Assembly (NCBI GenBank): GCA_032718475.1
Contig: JAUCBJ010005961.1
Location: 1 to 47,157, forward strand
DNA length: 47,157 bases
Direction of reading: 5' to 3'
DNA from: Nemertoderma westbladi
Lineage: Eukaryota > Animalia > Xenacoelomorpha
Below the pieces are notes generated by a model. It was not told where the DNA came from. It did no database searches and saw only the letters and a list, made by a program, of their open reading frames with translations. The position numbers and the translations under genes were made by a program. Of the stretch, positions 43,660 through 47,157 are shown piece after piece; position 1 is the stretch's first letter; every line of letters begins with the position of its first letter.

Positions 43660-44570
43660 TTGTCTAGTGCCTTAGTGTCACCGCTCGATTCAGTTGTCTA
43701 GTGCCTTAGTGTCACCGCTGTATTCAGTTGCCTTAGTGTCACCGCTGGATTCAGTTGCCTTAGTGTCACCGCTGGATTCAGTTGCCTTAGTGTCACCGCT
43801 GGATTCAGTTGTCTAGTGCCTTAGTGTCACCGCTGGATTCAGTTGCCTTAGTGTCACCGTTGGATTCAGTTGCCTTAGTGTCACCGCTGGATTCAGTTGC
43901 CTTAGTGTCACCGCTGGATTCAGTTGCCTTAGTGTCACCGCTGGATTCAGTTGCCTTAGTGTCACCGCTGGATTCAGTTGCTAGTGCCTTAGTGTCACCG
44001 CTGGATTCAGTTGCCTTAGTGTCACCGCTGGATTCAGTTGCCTTAGTGTCACCGCTGGATTCAGTTGCCTTAGTGTCACCGCTGGATTCAGTTGCCTTAG
44101 TGTCACCGCTGGATTCAGTTGCCTTAGTGTCACCGCTGGATTCAGTTGCCTTAGTGTCACCGCTGGATTCAGTTGCCTAGTGCCTTAGTGTCACCGCTGG
44201 ATTCAGTTGCCTTAGTGTCACCGCTGGATTCAGTTGCCTTAGTGTCACCGCTGGATTCAGTTGCCTTAGTGTCACCGCTGGATTCAGTTGCCTTAGTGTC
44301 ACCGCTGGATTCAGTTGCCTTAGTGTCACCGCTGGATTCAGTTGCCTAGTGCCTTTGTGTCACCGCTGGATTCAGTTGCCTTAGTGTCACCGCTGGATTC
44401 AGTTGCCTTGGTGTCACCGCTGGATTCAGTTGCCTTAGTGTCACCGCTGGATTCAGTTGCCTTAGTGTCACCGCTGGATTCAGTTGCCTTAGTGTCACCG
44501 CTGGATTCAGTTGCCTTAGTGTCACCACTGGATTCAATTGCCTTAGTGTCACCGCTGGATTCAGTTGCCT
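43660..44570. repeat. 27-bp minisatellite array, ~32 units
   Basis: Unit gccttagtgtcaccgctggattcagtt, with occasional ctagt insertions. Confidence 0.97.
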
Positions 44571-44970
44571 ATGCCTGATCCAAACGATTCATTGATACAG
44601 GCAGCATTTTAACTGCCTGCACACAGACCCCAATTGCTTTGACTTAGGTGTTCAGTTGCCATCTGATTTCCGCTGACCTTCTCTACACGCCGCCAAGTTC
44701 GCGGAGGAAGTCCATGGTGCTAGTACCAACGCCACCCAAGGTCTCGACTGCAACAGGCTGTACTATATAGTTCGGAGACAGGTCACTGTACTTCCCTTTC
44801 TTTCGGTCCTCTGCTAAGTTGGCAACAGATGAACCGTCGCTAGATGCTATGGCCTGGTATGATGGGGCAAGTCGGTGAATACAGGTGAAATCCCAGACTA
44901 GGGGGAGTCCCCTGGACCATGAGAGTAAGGTCGCACCCTCTGGCCGTTTACCATCATTTCGGCAATTCAT
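44561..44970 (-). mobile_element. 3' fragment of a CRE-clade non-LTR retrotransposon (restriction-like endonuclease domain)
   Basis: RNDGKRPEGATLLSWSRGLPLVWDFTC...AEDRKKGKYSDL...VQPVAVETLGGVG. It continues after frameshifts as KAIGVCVQ..NAACINESFGSGIGN*. Confidence 0.8.
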
Positions 44971-45636
44971 TTTTAAATCAATGTCATGGAATTACTTTTG
45001 TTACATTATGTCAACTTAACAGCGTTCTGGTGAATTACTCGTAACGCTGCAAAGTACTACTTTGCAGCGTTGCGGCCTATAGGACGGAACGCTGCAAAGT
45101 AATCAATAACATGGAAACAACTTAAATTACCGTATTCCAGAATGTATTATTTCCATTTATATTAATGTGTGCTTCTTTATTCAATAAAGCAGCACGTGTT
45201 TGCATAATGCGTGCGTCCAGTTTGAAGTGACGGGACTAGCTAATGTATGTAAATAATTGTTTAACGTGTAAGACTGTATTCCATACGTCCTATAGAAGAC
45301 ATTTTAGAGAAATGAGCAAAGAAAATACGGCGACAGTGTTCAGTAAAACTGAACGGATACAGACGGGACTCAGTTTGCTTCAGTCGACGATGGATCAAAG
45401 ATTTATCACATCCATGCAGGAGATAACAACAATAAACTTTAATTAGATATAATTGTATAGTACCGGTACCTGTTAATAATTTTCACGTTAATATTCGATA
45501 TAGTACATGATTAAAATGTTTAAAAGAGCATCCATAAGATCCTTTCTTCACATACCGAACGCTGATAAGTTGACATAATGTAACAAAATTACATACATCA
45601 TTGCTTGCAAAGGTCACTTGTCAGCGTTAAAGACCC

Positions 45637-45725
45637 TTGTGGGGCGAGCCACGAAGTTGGCGGAGCCTTAGCGAATTGACACTGTTAGGGGGTGGGTCAA
45701 TTTATGCAAATAGTTGTCGTCGTCG

Positions 45726-45772
<47 letters not shown>

Positions 45773-46930
45773 GTCGTCGTTACGATTTTGACATGCTAAT
45801 AACTTTGTCGGATTTAAAGCTGCCAAGTTGAAAATTTGTAGGTATCAATATGAGCTAAAGTTGAGATTTTTGAGAGACTTTCAGACATGTCACATGTCTA
45901 AACATTAAATGCCCTCCCATTTCTTTGCTTTTAATCCGTTTAAGCTGAAACTTGGCAGTTATGTATTAGACCATTAGCTGTGACTTTCAAAGGAGGCGAA
46001 TCCATCTGCAGTTCTCCAGTCTGCCGCTAGAGGGCCAAAGGTCTGAAAGTGAAATCGTTGTCGTCGTTACGATTTTGACATGCTAATAACTTTGTCGGAT
46101 TTAAAGCTGCCAAGTTGAAAATTTGTAGGTATCAATATGAGCTAAAGTTGAGATTTTTGAGAGACTTTCAGACACCATCAGTGCAATGGTCTCCCGCTAG
46201 AGGGCCACATGTCTAAACATTAAATACCCTCCCATTTCTTTGCTTTTAATCCGTTTAAGCTGAAACTTGGCAGATATGTATTAGACCATTAGCTGTGACT
46301 TTCAAAGGAGGCGAATCCATCTGCAGTTCTCCAGTCTGCCGCTAGAGGGCCAAATGTCTGAAAGTGAAATCGTTGTCGTCGTTATGATATTGACATGCTT
46401 ATAACTTTGTCGAATTTAAAGCTGCCAAGTTGAAAATTTGTTTTGTTGAAAATCAGTTCAACAGTCACCCGCTATAGGACTACTTTATGCCTGAAAGTGA
46501 ATAGATTCTCCCGTCTCATTGATTTTAATCAGTTTAAGCTGAATCTTGCCATATATTCTGGACCACATGCTGCGTCTTTGTGGGGGGGGGGGGGGGGGGG
46601 GGGATTTAATCGGTCTGCCGCTATACGACGAAATTTCTGAAAGTGAGATCCGTCTCTCATTTCGTTATCCGTTATTCAAGATGAAACTTGGCCGATGTAC
46701 GTATGTACTATTCATCCATAGGCTGTGTCTTTGTGGGGCTGGAGACCCTAATCCATCTTCAGTTCTCACTATACCGCTAGAGTCAGAAATGTCTGAATAG
46801 AAATGAAAGAGGTAAAAAGTGATTAGGCGAAATCTGCTTAAAATTTGCTAATACAGTAATACTTTCGAATTAGTACTTAAATTAAATTTAAGTCACGTGC
46901 TGCGCGAAGGCCCCACTTCGTGTTTATTTA
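45637..46930 (+). mobile_element. Helentron-associated (DINE-1/HINE-like) element, apparently complete
   Basis: 5' ttgtggggcgagccacgaa, (gtc)n microsatellite at 45713-45781, internal ~290-315-bp tandem units, and 3' cgtgctgcgcgaaggccccac. Same ends as the elements at 38530-39660. Confidence 0.7.
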
Positions 46931-47157
46931 TGTAAACCTCCCTCGCTGCGCTCGCTCTGTACATATATAAACTGGGTCAGTATTATAATTTCTGTTTTAC
47001 TGTAATTACTGTAATTAATTTTTTTTATATTATATTCTGTTATATAATATAAAAAAAAACCGCCATAATTGAAAAGTTAAAATTATTGAAGGGGGGGGGG
47101 GGGGGGGGGGGGCTATCTCAGCTTCATTCCCCTGGGCGCCAGAAGGGCTCGCTACGC

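Noticed and set aside
43809-44578. ALVSPLDSV repeat protein
   Set aside because: The unit is 27 bp, so open frames arise by chance; frames are broken by ctagt insertions and there is no ATG start.
45637-45831. Protamine-like Arg-rich ORF
   Set aside because: Translation of the (gtc)n microsatellite of a Helentron-like element.
26701-47112. Many ~20-27-nt poly-G/poly-C runs as a functional system
   Set aside because: Several lie inside transposon remnants, and homopolymer lengths are unreliable in assemblies; no positional pattern seen.

Overview
AT-rich, repeat-rich animal (probably invertebrate) genomic DNA, not prokaryotic. The backbone is a + strand cytoplasmic dynein 1 light intermediate chain gene (DYNC1LI/DLIC). 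Three internal exons are visible (1067-1300, 5776-5939, 37949-38178), with GT-AG sites and matching phases. Its ~32 kb intron (5940-37948) holds seven apparently intact genes. Four are sense-strand with intronless CDSs: RIOK3, GTF2E2 (TFIIE-beta), PIGL and a VWA+DUF4537-like protein. Three are antisense, tandem, three-exon SLC18B1-like MFS transporter paralogues. The following intron appears to hold an intronless, motif-degenerate class A GPCR. The rest is mobile and repetitive DNA: RTE- and CRE-clade LINE remnants, PIF/Harbinger-type and piggyBac-type MITEs, Helentron-like elements, a 1 kb foldback, an 88-bp perfect palindrome, and two minisatellite arrays (44-bp and 27-bp units). All family assignments come from motif recognition by eye; no searches were run.
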